From contig JAYEGL010000011.1 of NCBI GenBank assembly GCA_034659015.1, positions 181,310 through 245,309 on the forward strand: a DNA stretch of 64,000 nt, written 5' to 3'. Of this stretch, positions 9,855 to 19,383 are shown one piece after another; within the stretch, counting starts at the first letter, position 1, and each line of letters begins with the position of its first letter. The notes beneath the pieces are model-generated. The model was not told the origin of the DNA. It was given only the letters and a program-made list of their open reading frames with translations, and searched no databases. A program made the translations under genes and the position numbers. Source of the DNA: Pseudomonadota bacterium. Lineage in GTDB: Bacteria > Pseudomonadota > Alphaproteobacteria > Caulobacterales > Maricaulaceae.

Positions 9855-9995
9855 GATGCTTTTTCCGGCAGGAAGGCTGCAGTTTCGGTCGATACGCGCT
9901 TCACGTTAGCGCCGCCGCAACGGATTGGCGAGATGCAAAACGAAAGAGGCGGACCCTGGGGCCCGCCTCTTCGCATTCGGAAAAAACCGGCAGGT

Positions 9996-10637
9996 CTACT
10001 GCTGGGTTTCTTCGGTTTCCGCTTCGGTCTCTTCGCCGGCGGTCTCGCCTTCGGCAGCCTGCTGGGCAGCCAGTTCCTGGCCTTCCTCGCTGGCTTCGAA
10101 CAGCTCGGCCGCCTGGGCCTCGGCAATGGCGCGATCCTCGTCGGCCTGCGACGCGATCACGTCCTCGCCGGCGGCCTGGCGCTCGGCTTCCTCTTCGGAG
10201 CGGGCGACATTGATCGTCACGCCGACGGAGACCTCGGCGTGCAGCTTGATGCGCACGTCATGGACGCCCAGCGTCTTGATCGGCGCGTTCAGCACGACCT
10301 GCGAGCGGCCGACCTTGGTGCCGCTTTCCGACACGATGTCGGCGATGTCGCGCGAGGTCACCGAGCCGTAGAGCTGACCGCTCTCGCCGGCCTGGCGGAT
10401 CATCACGAAGCTTTCGCCGTCGATCGTTTCGCCGGACTTGGCCGCTTCTGCAGCGCGTTCCGCATTGCGCTTTTCCAGCGCTTCGCGTTCGGCTTCGAAA
10501 CGGGCCATGTTGGCTTCGGTGGCGCGCAGCGCCTTTTCCTGCGGCAGCAGGTAATTGCGGGCAAAGCCCGGACGCACGGTGACGACGTCACCCATGGCAC
10601 CCAGGTTTTCCACGCGTTCCAGGAGAACCAGTTTCAT
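9996..10637 (-). CDS. rplI: 50S ribosomal protein L9 with long acidic C-terminal tail
   Basis: N-terminus [32 protein letters not shown], and it sits in rpsF-rpsR-rplI order. It carries about 60 extra E/A/Q-rich residues. Confidence 0.95.
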   Translation of the reverse strand: MKLVLLERVENLGAMGDVVTVRPGFARNYLLPQEKALRATEANMARFEAEREALEKRNAERAAEAAKSGETIDGESFVMIRQAGESGQLYGSVTSRDIADIVSESGTKVGRSQVVLNAPIKTLGVHDVRIKLHAEVSVGVTINVARSEEEAERQAAGEDVIASQADEDRAIAEAQAAELFEASEEGQELAAQQAAEGETAGEETEAETEETQQ

Positions 10638-10651
10638 GTGTCAGTCCTCCC

Positions 10652-10906
10652 TCAATCGACCACATAGGGCAGCAGGGCCAGCTGGCGTGCGCGCTTGATG
10701 GCGCGGGCCAGTTCCCGCTGCTTCTTGGCCGACACCGCGGTGATGCGGGACGGAACGATCTTGCCGCGTTCGGACATGTAGCGAAGCAGCAGCTTGGGGT
10801 CCTTGTAGTCGATCTTCGGCGCGTTTTCGCCGGAGAACGGGCAGACCTTGCGGCGACGCATGAACGGACGGCGTGCCGGCAGATTGGAAATGTTTCCGGA
10901 AGACAT
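10652..10906 (-). CDS. rpsR: 30S ribosomal protein S18
   Basis: Motifs [25 protein letters not shown] and [12 protein letters not shown]. Confidence 0.95.
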   Translation of the reverse strand: MSSGNISNLPARRPFMRRRKVCPFSGENAPKIDYKDPKLLLRYMSERGKIVPSRITAVSAKKQRELARAIKRARQLALLPYVVD

Positions 10907-10919
10907 CGGTCAGTCCTTT

Positions 10920-11273
10920 CTAGTTGCGGTCGCGGCGGCCGCGGCGATCGTCCTTCTTGGACAGGATCGCGGACGGCTCTTCGCTGTGTTCCTCGACGCG
11001 GACCGTCATGTGACGGATCACGTCTTCGGACAGGCGCTGGATACGGTCCAGTTCGGCAATGACGTCCGCAGGGGCGTCCATGTCGATCAGGCCGTAATGA
11101 CCTTTGCGGGACTTGTTGATGCGGTAGGCAAGATTGCGCAGACCCCAGTATTCGGTCTTGCCGGTCTTGCCGCCCTTCTCTTCGATCAGGGCTTTGGTCT
11201 CTTCGAGAAGAGATTCCATCTGCGCCGGCGAGATGTCCGGACGCGCAATGAAGATATGCTCGTAAAGTGCCAT
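10920..11273 (-). CDS. rpsF: 30S ribosomal protein S6
   Basis: Starts at MALYEHIFIARPD (ATG complement at 11271-11273). The upstream part of track ORF 10920..11504 is non-coding extension. Confidence 0.95.
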   Translation of the reverse strand: MALYEHIFIARPDISPAQMESLLEETKALIEEKGGKTGKTEYWGLRNLAYRINKSRKGHYGLIDMDAPADVIAELDRIQRLSEDVIRHMTVRVEEHSEEPSAILSKKDDRRGRRDRN

Positions 11274-11542
11274 GTCGGCTCCCTTCCTAAGCGGTTGCGG
11301 CGCACACCATGCCGAAGGGTCGGGCAGGTCTGCGGCGGCTCCGTGATCCCAGGCTCCTGCACCATGCAGGACCCGTCCGGAAAACGGACCGCAACCAAGC
11401 GAAGCGCGGCCCATACCTGAATTGAATGCACAGCGCAAGGCGCAAGCACCCTTGCGCGCCGCATCCCGCAGGCGGTATCGAGCGGGCCAAGACACGTCGG
11501 CCAATCAGAGTCGGGCCAATCTCAGTCGGGAGGGAATACGCC

Positions 11543-12490
11543 ATGAAACTTGCCTTTGTCTTCCCCGGTCAGGGCAGCCAGGCCGTCGGCATGGGCCAGG
11601 AACTGGCGGAACGCTTCGCCAGCGCCAGGGCGGTGCTCGACGAGGTGGATGCCGCGCTGGGCCAGGACCTCTCCGGTCTCATGGCCAACGGCCCGATCGA
11701 GGATCTCACTCTGACCGAGAACGCCCAGCCCGCCCTGATGGCGGCGAGCCTGGCGGTGATGGCGGTGCTGCGGGACGAGTTTGACGTAAACGTCAATGCC
11801 GCCGAGTTCGTTGCCGGACACAGTCTTGGCGAATATTCGGCCCTCGCAGCCGTCGGCGCGCTGTCGGTCACCGATGCGGCGAAGCTGCTTCGCCTGCGCG
11901 GCCAGGCCATGCAGAAGGCCGTGCCGGTCGGCGCGGGCGCCATGGCGGCGCTGCTCGGCGCCGACGAGGAGCTGGCGGCCAAGGCGGTGAATTCCGGCGC
12001 CCATCTGGGCCCCTGCCAGATCGCCAACGACAATGCGCCGGGCCAGATCGTGATTTCCGGTGCCAAGCCCGCCGTCGAGGCGGCAATCGCCACGGCGAGC
12101 GATCTGGGCCTGAAGAAGGCCATGCTGCTGCCGGTCTCCGCGCCTTTCCATTGCGAGATGATGCAGCCCGCCGCCGATGCCATGGCCGAGGCGCTGGCCG
12201 CCGCGACGATCGCCAAACCGGCCGTGCCGGTCGTGGCCAATGTCACCGCCCGCCCGACCGACGATGTCGAGACGATCCGCAAACAGCTCGTCGAACAGGT
12301 CACCGGCCGGGTGCGCTGGCGCGAAAGCGTGATGTGGATGGTCGAGGAGGGCGGTATCGACACGCTCGCCGAGGCCGGTTCCGGCAAGGTGCTCACCACC
12401 ATGCTCAAGCGCACCACCAAGGACGCCAAGGGCCTCGCCCTCAATTCCGCCGACGATCTGGAAGCCTTCGCGGCGGCCCTCAAGGAGTAG
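11543..12490 (+). CDS. fabD: ACP S-malonyltransferase
   Basis: Starts MKLAFVFPGQGSQ, with a gggaggga SD upstream of the ATG at 11543. Has the GHSLGEYSA active-site motif. Confidence 0.95.
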   Translation: MKLAFVFPGQGSQAVGMGQELAERFASARAVLDEVDAALGQDLSGLMANGPIEDLTLTENAQPALMAASLAVMAVLRDEFDVNVNAAEFVAGHSLGEYSALAAVGALSVTDAAKLLRLRGQAMQKAVPVGAGAMAALLGADEELAAKAVNSGAHLGPCQIANDNAPGQIVISGAKPAVEAAIATASDLGLKKAMLLPVSAPFHCEMMQPAADAMAEALAAATIAKPAVPVVANVTARPTDDVETIRKQLVEQVTGRVRWRESVMWMVEEGGIDTLAEAGSGKVLTTMLKRTTKDAKGLALNSADDLEAFAAALKE

Positions 12491-12496
12491 ACCCAC

Positions 12497-13234
12497 ATGT
12501 TCGATCTGACCGGCAAGAACGCCCTCGTGACCGGTGCCACCGGCGGTCTGGGCAATGCTATCGCCCGCAAGCTGCACGCCCAGGGCGCCACCGTCGCCCT
12601 GTCGGGCACGCGCGAAAACGTGCTGCAGGAGCTGGCCTCCGAGCTGGGTGAGCGCACCCATGTCCTGCCGTGCAACCTGTCTGATGCCGAGGCCGTCGAT
12701 GCCCTGCCCAAACAGGCCGTCGAGGCGATGGGCTCGCTGGACGTGCTGGTGGCCAATGCCGGCATCACCAAGGACCAGCTCCTCATGCGCATGAAGGACG
12801 AGGACTGGGACACGGTGATGAAGATTAATCTGGAAAGCTATTTCCGCCTGTCCCGCGCCGCCCTGCGCGGCATGATGAAGTCCCGGTGGGGCCGTATCAT
12901 CGGCATTACCTCCGTGGTCGGCGTCACCGGCAATCCGGGCCAGACGAATTACTGCGCCTCCAAGGCCGGCATGATCGGCTTTTCCAAGTCGCTGGCCCAG
13001 GAAGTCGCGGCGCGCGGCGTGACGGTGAACTGCGTCGCGCCGGGCTTCATTGCCTCGCCGATGACCGATGCGCTCACCGAAGAGCAGAAATCGGCTATTC
13101 TTGCCAAGATCCCGGCCGGCGATCTGGGATCGGGCGACGATATCGCCGCCGCGGTCGTTTATCTCGCCAGCGCGGAAGCCCAGTACGTCACCGGTCAGAC
13201 CGTTCATGTGAACGGCGGCATGGCGATGATCTAG
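12497..13234 (+). CDS. fabG: 3-oxoacyl-ACP reductase
   Basis: Motifs TGATGGLG, NYCASKAG (Y-x3-K) and a C-terminal TGQTVHVNGGM. Lies in fab cluster order. Confidence 0.95.
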   Translation: MFDLTGKNALVTGATGGLGNAIARKLHAQGATVALSGTRENVLQELASELGERTHVLPCNLSDAEAVDALPKQAVEAMGSLDVLVANAGITKDQLLMRMKDEDWDTVMKINLESYFRLSRAALRGMMKSRWGRIIGITSVVGVTGNPGQTNYCASKAGMIGFSKSLAQEVAARGVTVNCVAPGFIASPMTDALTEEQKSAILAKIPAGDLGSGDDIAAAVVYLASAEAQYVTGQTVHVNGGMAMI

Positions 13235-13393
13235 CGGGCAAATTCGAGTTTGCGGACACCGAGACACATTCTGGCGTCACGCCGTCATGTGTGCTAGGTG
13301 CCCGCGCATCCTGAGGGAAGGCATGTCTTTCGGCACTTCCCGTCCTGTCCTGCACCGCTATAGTCTCGCGGTGATTCATTATGAGGGTCTGAA

Positions 13394-13630
13394 ATGTCTG
13401 ACGTTCTCGAGCGCGTTAAGAAAATTGTTGTCGAACATCTCGATGTCGAGGCCGACAAGGTCACCGAGAATGCGAGCTTCATCGACGATCTGGGCGCTGA
13501 CAGCCTGGACAATGTCGAACTGGTGATGGCGTTCGAAGAAGAGTTCGACATCGAAATCCCGGATGATGCCGCCGAGCACATCCAGACGGTCGGTGACGCC
13601 GTGAAGTTCATCTCCGAGAAGGTGGGCTAA
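13394..13630 (+). CDS. acpP: Acyl carrier protein
   Basis: 78 aa with the phosphopantetheine site DLGADSLD. Confidence 0.97.
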   Translation: MSDVLERVKKIVVEHLDVEADKVTENASFIDDLGADSLDNVELVMAFEEEFDIEIPDDAAEHIQTVGDAVKFISEKVG

Positions 13631-13640
13631 CGACCCCTTC

Positions 13641-14924
13641 ATGCGTCGCGTCGTTGTCACGGGTATCGGCCTCGTAACGCCGCTGGGCTGCGGGCGGGAA
13701 GTCGTCTGGGAACGTCTTCTCGCCGGTCAGTCGGGGCTGGGACCCATCGAGCATTTCGAAACCGACGATCTGGCTTGCCGGATCGCGGGCCTTGTTCCAC
13801 GCAGCGACGGACGCGGCGGCGGGCGCGAAGGCGATGCCGGGGTGTTCAATCCCGACGACGTCATGAGTGCCCGCGACCGGCGCCGGGTCGACGATTTCAT
13901 CCTCTACGGCATTGCCGCCGCCGACGAGGCGCTGGCCGACAGCGGATGGGCGCCCCAGACCGACGAGGACAGACATCGCACCGGCGTCATGATCGGTTCG
14001 GGTATCGGCGGTCTGGAGACCACCTACCAGGCCTCGGTCGATCTGCACGAGAAGGGGCCGCGCCGCCTCTCTCCCTTTGTCATTCCCGCCATGCTGATCA
14101 ATCTGGTCTCCGGCCAGGTGTCGATCCGTCATGGCCTGAAGGGGCCGAACCACGCCGTGGTCACGGCCTGTTCCACCGGCGCCCACGCCATCGGCGATGC
14201 GGCCCGCCTCGTTGCGCGCGGCGATGCCGACGTGATGGTGGCTGGCGGCGCGGAAGCCGCCGTGTGCCGCCTGGGCATTGCCGGCTTCGTCGCCTGCAAG
14301 GCGCTCTCCACCGGTTTCAACGACACGCCGGAAAAGGCCTCGCGCCCCTATGACACGGACCGCGACGGTTTCGTCATGGGCGAGGGGGCCGGCATCGTCG
14401 TGCTGGAAGACTACGAGCACGCCAAGGCCCGCGGCGCGACCATCTATGCCGAGGTGAAGGGTTATGGCCTGTCCGGCGACGCCTATCACATCACGGCGCC
14501 TGCCGAGGACGGGGATGGCGGTTTCCGCTCCATGTCCGCCGCGCTCAAGGATGCCGGTGTGACGCCGGACGAGATCGACTACGTCAATGCGCACGGCACC
14601 TCCACGCCGCTGGGCGACGAGATCGAGCTGCGCGCCGTGGAGCGCCTGTTCGGTGACAAGACCGGCGATCTCGTCATGTCCTCGACCAAATCGGCGATCG
14701 GCCACCTGCTCGGCGCGGCCGGGGCCGTCGAGGCGATCTTCTCGGTGCTGGCGATCCGCGACGGCGTCTGTCCGCCGACGCTGAACCTGGACAATCCCTC
14801 CGTCGAGACGGCGATCAATCTGGCGCCGAAAGCCGCTGTGAAAAAGCCGGTCCGGGCCGCCCTGTCGAACTCTTTCGGATTCGGCGGGACCAATGCCTCC
14901 GTGGTATTCGTCGCCGCAGAGTGA
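13641..14924 (+). CDS. fabF: Beta-ketoacyl-ACP synthase II
   Basis: Active-site segment VVTACSTG, plus NAHGTSTP and SFGFGGTNA. 427 aa. Confidence 0.95.
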   Translation: MRRVVVTGIGLVTPLGCGREVVWERLLAGQSGLGPIEHFETDDLACRIAGLVPRSDGRGGGREGDAGVFNPDDVMSARDRRRVDDFILYGIAAADEALADSGWAPQTDEDRHRTGVMIGSGIGGLETTYQASVDLHEKGPRRLSPFVIPAMLINLVSGQVSIRHGLKGPNHAVVTACSTGAHAIGDAARLVARGDADVMVAGGAEAAVCRLGIAGFVACKALSTGFNDTPEKASRPYDTDRDGFVMGEGAGIVVLEDYEHAKARGATIYAEVKGYGLSGDAYHITAPAEDGDGGFRSMSAALKDAGVTPDEIDYVNAHGTSTPLGDEIELRAVERLFGDKTGDLVMSSTKSAIGHLLGAAGAVEAIFSVLAIRDGVCPPTLNLDNPSVETAINLAPKAAVKKPVRAALSNSFGFGGTNASVVFVAAE

Positions 14925-14944
14925 CACCAGTCGGGGAAGTCTGA

Positions 14945-15985
14945 ATGAGCGAGGCGTCTGCGCCGAAGTCCGGCAACGGGCTGGCGAAATTCCTGATCGG
15001 ATTGCTGGTTGTCCTGGTCGTTCTGGCGCTCGCCGCGGCCGGCGCGGTTTATGGCGGCTACAGATGGCTTCAGGCCGAGTTCGCAGCGCCGGGCCCGGCC
15101 CAGGAGGAGACGATCGTTCTCCTGCCGCGCGGCGCCGGCCTGATCCGCATCGCCGGCCAGCTGGAAGACGAGGGCGTGATCGAGGATCGCCGCATCTTCC
15201 GCGCCGTCATCACCCTGGACGAGGGCGACCGCTCGCTGCGTGCGGGCGAGTATCGCATCCCGGCCAACGCTTCCATGGCCGACATCTACGAACTCCTGCG
15301 CTCCGGCGAGACGGTACAGCACCCGGTCACCTTCGCGGAAGGCCTGACCAGCGCGATGATCGTGGCCGTGCTCAACGAGGTCGAGGTGCTGACCGGCGAG
15401 ATCGCCGAGGTGCCTGCTGAGGGCACGCTCCTTCCGGAGACCTATCTGGTTACCCGCGGCACGCCGCGCCAGGAAGTCATCGACCGCATGGCCGAGGCCC
15501 AGGACGCGCTGCTCGACGAACTCTGGCCCAACCGCGCCGGGGACCTGCCCTTCGATACGCGCGAGGAGGCGATTATTCTCGCCTCGGTGGTCGAGAAGGA
15601 GACCGGCCTCGCCTCCGAACGCCCCGAGGTCGCCGCCGTCTTCGTCAACCGGATGCGCCGTGGCATGCGCCTGGAAAGCGATCCGACCATCATCTACGGC
15701 ATTTCCCGGGGCGAAGCCCTGGGCCGCGGGCTCTACCGCTCCGAACTCGATAATGCCGACAATGAATGGAATACCTACCAGAATGACGGCCTGCCGCCGA
15801 CGCCGATCGCCAATCCGGGCCGCGAATCCCTGGCCGCCGTGCTGAACCCGGCCGAGAGCAGCGCGCTCTTCTTCGTCGCCGACGGCACGGGCGGGCATGT
15901 CTTCGCCGACACCTATGCCGAACACCGGCGCAATGTCGCCCAGTGGCGCCGTATCGAGCGCGAACGCCGCAATGGTGGCCGCTGA
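14945..15985 (+). CDS. mltG: Endolytic murein transglycosylase MltG (YceG-like)
   Basis: N-terminal TM helix and the YceG signature region (ASVVEKET, NTYQNDGLPPTPIANPG). Confidence 0.9.
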   Translation: MSEASAPKSGNGLAKFLIGLLVVLVVLALAAAGAVYGGYRWLQAEFAAPGPAQEETIVLLPRGAGLIRIAGQLEDEGVIEDRRIFRAVITLDEGDRSLRAGEYRIPANASMADIYELLRSGETVQHPVTFAEGLTSAMIVAVLNEVEVLTGEIAEVPAEGTLLPETYLVTRGTPRQEVIDRMAEAQDALLDELWPNRAGDLPFDTREEAIILASVVEKETGLASERPEVAAVFVNRMRRGMRLESDPTIIYGISRGEALGRGLYRSELDNADNEWNTYQNDGLPPTPIANPGRESLAAVLNPAESSALFFVADGTGGHVFADTYAEHRRNVAQWRRIERERRNGGR

Positions 15986-16860
15986 TGGCGGTCCTGTCGG
16001 GCATGACGGGCTTTGCCCGCTGCGAGGGTGTTGCGGGCGACTGGCGCTGGAGCTGGGAGGCGCGCAGCGTCAACGGCAAGGGGCTGGAGGCGCGCTTCCG
16101 CTTCCCCGCCGGTTTCGACCGTCTGGAAGCCAAGGCCCGTGAATTCGCCAAGGCGCGTTTCACGCGCGGCAATGTTCAGGCGACGCTGACGCTGAAGCGC
16201 GATGCGGCGGGCGCCGGGATCGATATCGATGCGGCCCGCATCGACGCCTTGCTGCGCGCGTCGCAGCCCTATGTCGAGAGCGGTCGCGTGCAGCGGTCCA
16301 CATTCGAAGGCCTTGTGGGCCTGGCCGCGTCGTTGGGCGGTGGCATGCCCGACGATGCCGATCCGGCGCTCGATACGGCGATCCTGGACGGTCTGGCCCG
16401 GGCGCTCGACGCGCTGCAGACCGCCCGCCGCGAGGAAGGGCGCACGCTGGCGCCCGTGCTGACGGGGCATGTCGACACGATCGAGGATCTCACCCGCCAG
16501 GCCGCCGGCAGCGCCGCCGTGCGCATCGACACGATCCGCGACCGGCTGGCGGCGAAATTCGCCGAATTGCTCGACGGGGACCTGCCCGAGGACCGGCTCG
16601 CCCAGGAGGCCGCCGCCCTGGCGGTGAAGATGGATGTGCGCGAGGAGCTGGACCGGCTGGAGGCCCATATCGCCTCGGCGCGCACGCTGATCGCGGGCGG
16701 ATCGCCGGTCGGGCGCAAGCTGGACTTCCTGTCGCAGGAGTTTAATCGCGAAGCGAACACTCTATGCTCGAAGTCTTCCGATTCTTCACTCACGCAGGTC
16801 GGCCTGGCGATCAAGAACGCCGTCGATCAGTTCAGGGAGCAGGTGCAGAATGTCGAGTGA
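15985..16860 (+). CDS. yicC: YicC-family stress-induced protein
   Basis: Starts MAVLSGMTGFAR with the ATG overlapping the mltG TGA. The C-terminus has KLDFLSQEFNREANTLCSKS, typical of YicC. Confidence 0.85.
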   Translation: MAVLSGMTGFARCEGVAGDWRWSWEARSVNGKGLEARFRFPAGFDRLEAKAREFAKARFTRGNVQATLTLKRDAAGAGIDIDAARIDALLRASQPYVESGRVQRSTFEGLVGLAASLGGGMPDDADPALDTAILDGLARALDALQTARREEGRTLAPVLTGHVDTIEDLTRQAAGSAAVRIDTIRDRLAAKFAELLDGDLPEDRLAQEAAALAVKMDVREELDRLEAHIASARTLIAGGSPVGRKLDFLSQEFNREANTLCSKSSDSSLTQVGLAIKNAVDQFREQVQNVE

Positions 16861-17509
16861 CGGCCATATCGGACCGATTTTCCGCGGCCAGCGGCGCGGC
16901 GTCCTGCTGGCCCTGTCCAGCCCGTCCGGGGCGGGCAAGACGACGCTGTCCAAACGCCTGATCAGCCAGAATCCGGATGTCATCCTGTCGGTCTCCGCCA
17001 CGACGCGCGAGCCGCGACCCGGCGAGACCGATGGCGAGGACTACCACTTCATGTCCGTCGACGACTTCAAGGCCCAGGCCGAGGCCGGCGAATTCTTCGA
17101 ATGGGCCGAAGTGTTCGGCCGCTATTACGGCACGCCCAAGACGCCGGTGCTCGAGGCCGTCGAGGAAGGCCGCGACGTCGTCTTCGACATCGACTGGCAG
17201 GGCGCCCAGGCCATCGCCGAGCAGGCGCCGGAGGATACGGTCCGCGTCTTCATCCTGCCGCCCTCGCTGGAGCTGCTGGAAGACCGTCTGCGCAAGCGCG
17301 GCCAGGACACGCCGGACATCATCAAGGGCCGCATGGACCGCGCCAAGGACGAGATTTCGCACTGGCACGAATACGACTACATCATCGTCAATGACGATTT
17401 CGCCCGCGCCCTGGAAAAGCTCAGCCTGATCCTGCACGCCGAACGCCTCAAGCGCACCCGTCATCCCTGGCTGGACGATTTTGTCGACGCCATCATGAAC
17501 GAGGAATAG
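16850..17509 (+). CDS. gmk: Guanylate kinase
   Basis: P-loop SSPSGAGKTTL and the YYGTPK segment. Follows yicC, a common arrangement. Confidence 0.95.
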   Translation: MSSDGHIGPIFRGQRRGVLLALSSPSGAGKTTLSKRLISQNPDVILSVSATTREPRPGETDGEDYHFMSVDDFKAQAEAGEFFEWAEVFGRYYGTPKTPVLEAVEEGRDVVFDIDWQGAQAIAEQAPEDTVRVFILPPSLELLEDRLRKRGQDTPDIIKGRMDRAKDEISHWHEYDYIIVNDDFARALEKLSLILHAERLKRTRHPWLDDFVDAIMNEE

Positions 17510-17515
17510 GGCGGC

Positions 17516-18376
17516 TCAGCCCGTCTTCGCGGCGCGCCAGGCCCCGGCCAGCCGCCGGAACCCCGCGACATCCACCGTCTCCGCCCGTGCGCCCGGATCG
17601 ATTCCGGCCGTCGTGAGAAGGTCTTCCGCGCTCGCCGTCGTCTGCCCGGCGGCCTGGGCGAGGCTGCGGCGCAGCGTCTTGCGGCGCTGGCCGAAGGCGG
17701 AGGCCGTGACGATGCCCAGCGCCTCCACATCCGCGAAGCGCTCGGCTTCCGGCAGCGGCTCCAGCACCACCACGGCGCTGTCCACCTTGGGCGGCGGGGT
17801 GAAGGCGCGGGCGGGCACTTTCAGCCCCATGCGGACGCGGCAACGCGCCTGGGAGATCACCGCCAGCCGGCCATAGGCCTTGCTGCCCGGCGCCGCGACG
17901 ACCCGGTCGGCGACCTCGCGCTGGAACATCAGCACGGCGCGGGTCCACCAGACCGGCTCGGCCTCCAGCCATTTGATCAGCAAAAGCGTGCCGACATTAT
18001 AGGGCAGGTTGGACAGGATCACCCGTTCGCCGCCGGCCGGCAGCAGCGCGTCCTCGTCCACCGCCAGCGCATCGGCCTGCACGATCTCCAGACGCCCGCC
18101 GCTGGCGGTTCCGATCTCTTCAAGGGCACCGAGAAAACGGTCGTCCTTTTCCACCACGGTGAGCGATTTGGCACCGGCGGCCAGGATGGCGCGGGTCAGC
18201 CCGCCGGGGCCGGGGCCGACCTCGATGGCGTGCACCGCCGACATGTCGCCGGCCAGGCTGGCGATCTTGCCGGTCAGGTTGAGATCGAGCAGGAAGTGCT
18301 GGCCGAAGGCCTTGTTGGCGCCCAGCCCGTGCTGCGCGATTACCTCGCGCAGGGGCGGCAGACCATCCAGGCTCAT
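17516..18376 (-). CDS. rsmA: 16S rRNA (adenine1518/1519-N6)-dimethyltransferase
   Basis: FGQHFLLD N-terminus, SAM motif (EVGPGPGGLT) and NLPYNV. Lies in the lptD-surA-pdxA-rsmA operon. Confidence 0.95.
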   Translation of the reverse strand: MSLDGLPPLREVIAQHGLGANKAFGQHFLLDLNLTGKIASLAGDMSAVHAIEVGPGPGGLTRAILAAGAKSLTVVEKDDRFLGALEEIGTASGGRLEIVQADALAVDEDALLPAGGERVILSNLPYNVGTLLLIKWLEAEPVWWTRAVLMFQREVADRVVAAPGSKAYGRLAVISQARCRVRMGLKVPARAFTPPPKVDSAVVVLEPLPEAERFADVEALGIVTASAFGQRRKTLRRSLAQAAGQTTASAEDLLTTAGIDPGARAETVDVAGFRRLAGAWRAAKTG

Positions 18377-19383
18377 GCGCGCTGCTCCGCGATGAGGGCG
18401 GCTTCGCGGATCGCGGCTATCAGGCTGTCGGCGCGGGCCTCTCCCTTGCCGGCGATGTTGAATGCGGTGCCGTGATCCGGCGAGGTGCGTACGATGGGCA
18501 GGCCCAGCGTGATATTGACCCCGCCATGGAAATCCAGCGTCTTCACCGGGATCAGGCCCTGGTCGTGATAAAGGCAGATCGCGGCATCGTACCCGGCGCG
18601 GGCCTCGGCATGGAACATCGTGTCCGGCGGCAGGGCGTCGGTGATGTCGATGCCGGCGGCGCGCAAGCGTTCCGCCGCCGGATTGACGGTCTCGATCTCC
18701 TCGCGGCCCAGCGCGCCGCCTTCGCCGGCATGGGGGTTCAGCCCGGCCAGGCCCAGCCGCGGTTCGGCCATGCCGAAATCGCGCTTCAGGGCGTTATGGG
18801 TCAGCCGGGCGATGTGTTCGATGCGCTCGCCGGTGATCGCATCCAGCGCCTGGCGCAGGGGGAGGTGGATGGTCACCAGCACCACACGCAACCCGCCGCC
18901 CGACAGCATCATGGCCGGTCCGCGCGGCCCGTCGACCGGCGCCTGTGCCGTCAGGTCGGCGAGGTATTCGGTGTGGCCGGGGAAGTCGAAACCGGCCTCG
19001 TAGAGCACGGCCTTGGAGATCGGCGCCGTCACCAGTGCGCAGGCCTGTTTCTCCAGGCACAGGGCGACGCCAGTCTCGATGGCGGCCTTCACGGCGCCGG
19101 CATGGGCCGGATCGGGCCGGCCCGGTTCGACCGGTATCGTACAGGTCTCATGGGGCTGGAAGACGGCCAGCCCCCCGGGCGGCGGCGGTGCGAAGGTGTC
19201 GAGCACCTGCGGCGCGTCCAGGCCGAGCGCCGCGGCCCGCTCGCGGAACACGCCGGCATCGCCCAGCGCCACGATGGACGGGGCGTTCCCGCCGGCCAGG
19301 GCGGAATGGGCCTTGAGGATGATCTCGGGGCCGATCCCGGCCGGATCACCCATCGACACGACGATGGGTGAGGGGCGGTTCAT
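18373..19383 (-). CDS. pdxA: 4-hydroxythreonine-4-phosphate dehydrogenase
   Basis: Motifs MGDPAGIGPEI, GHTEYLA and RTSPDHGTAF. Confidence 0.95.
   Translation of the reverse strand: MNRPSPIVVSMGDPAGIGPEIILKAHSALAGGNAPSIVALGDAGVFRERAAALGLDAPQVLDTFAPPPPGGLAVFQPHETCTIPVEPGRPDPAHAGAVKAAIETGVALCLEKQACALVTAPISKAVLYEAGFDFPGHTEYLADLTAQAPVDGPRGPAMMLSGGGLRVVLVTIHLPLRQALDAITGERIEHIARLTHNALKRDFGMAEPRLGLAGLNPHAGEGGALGREEIETVNPAAERLRAAGIDITDALPPDTMFHAEARAGYDAAICLYHDQGLIPVKTLDFHGGVNITLGLPIVRTSPDHGTAFNIAGKGEARADSLIAAIREAALIAEQRA

Noticed and set aside
11274-11542. Searched the rpsF 5' leader for the S6:S18-binding autoregulatory RNA motif, and the divergent rpsF/fabD region for promoters.
   Set aside because: I could not define the motif's hairpin and conserved bulge with confidence from the sequence alone.
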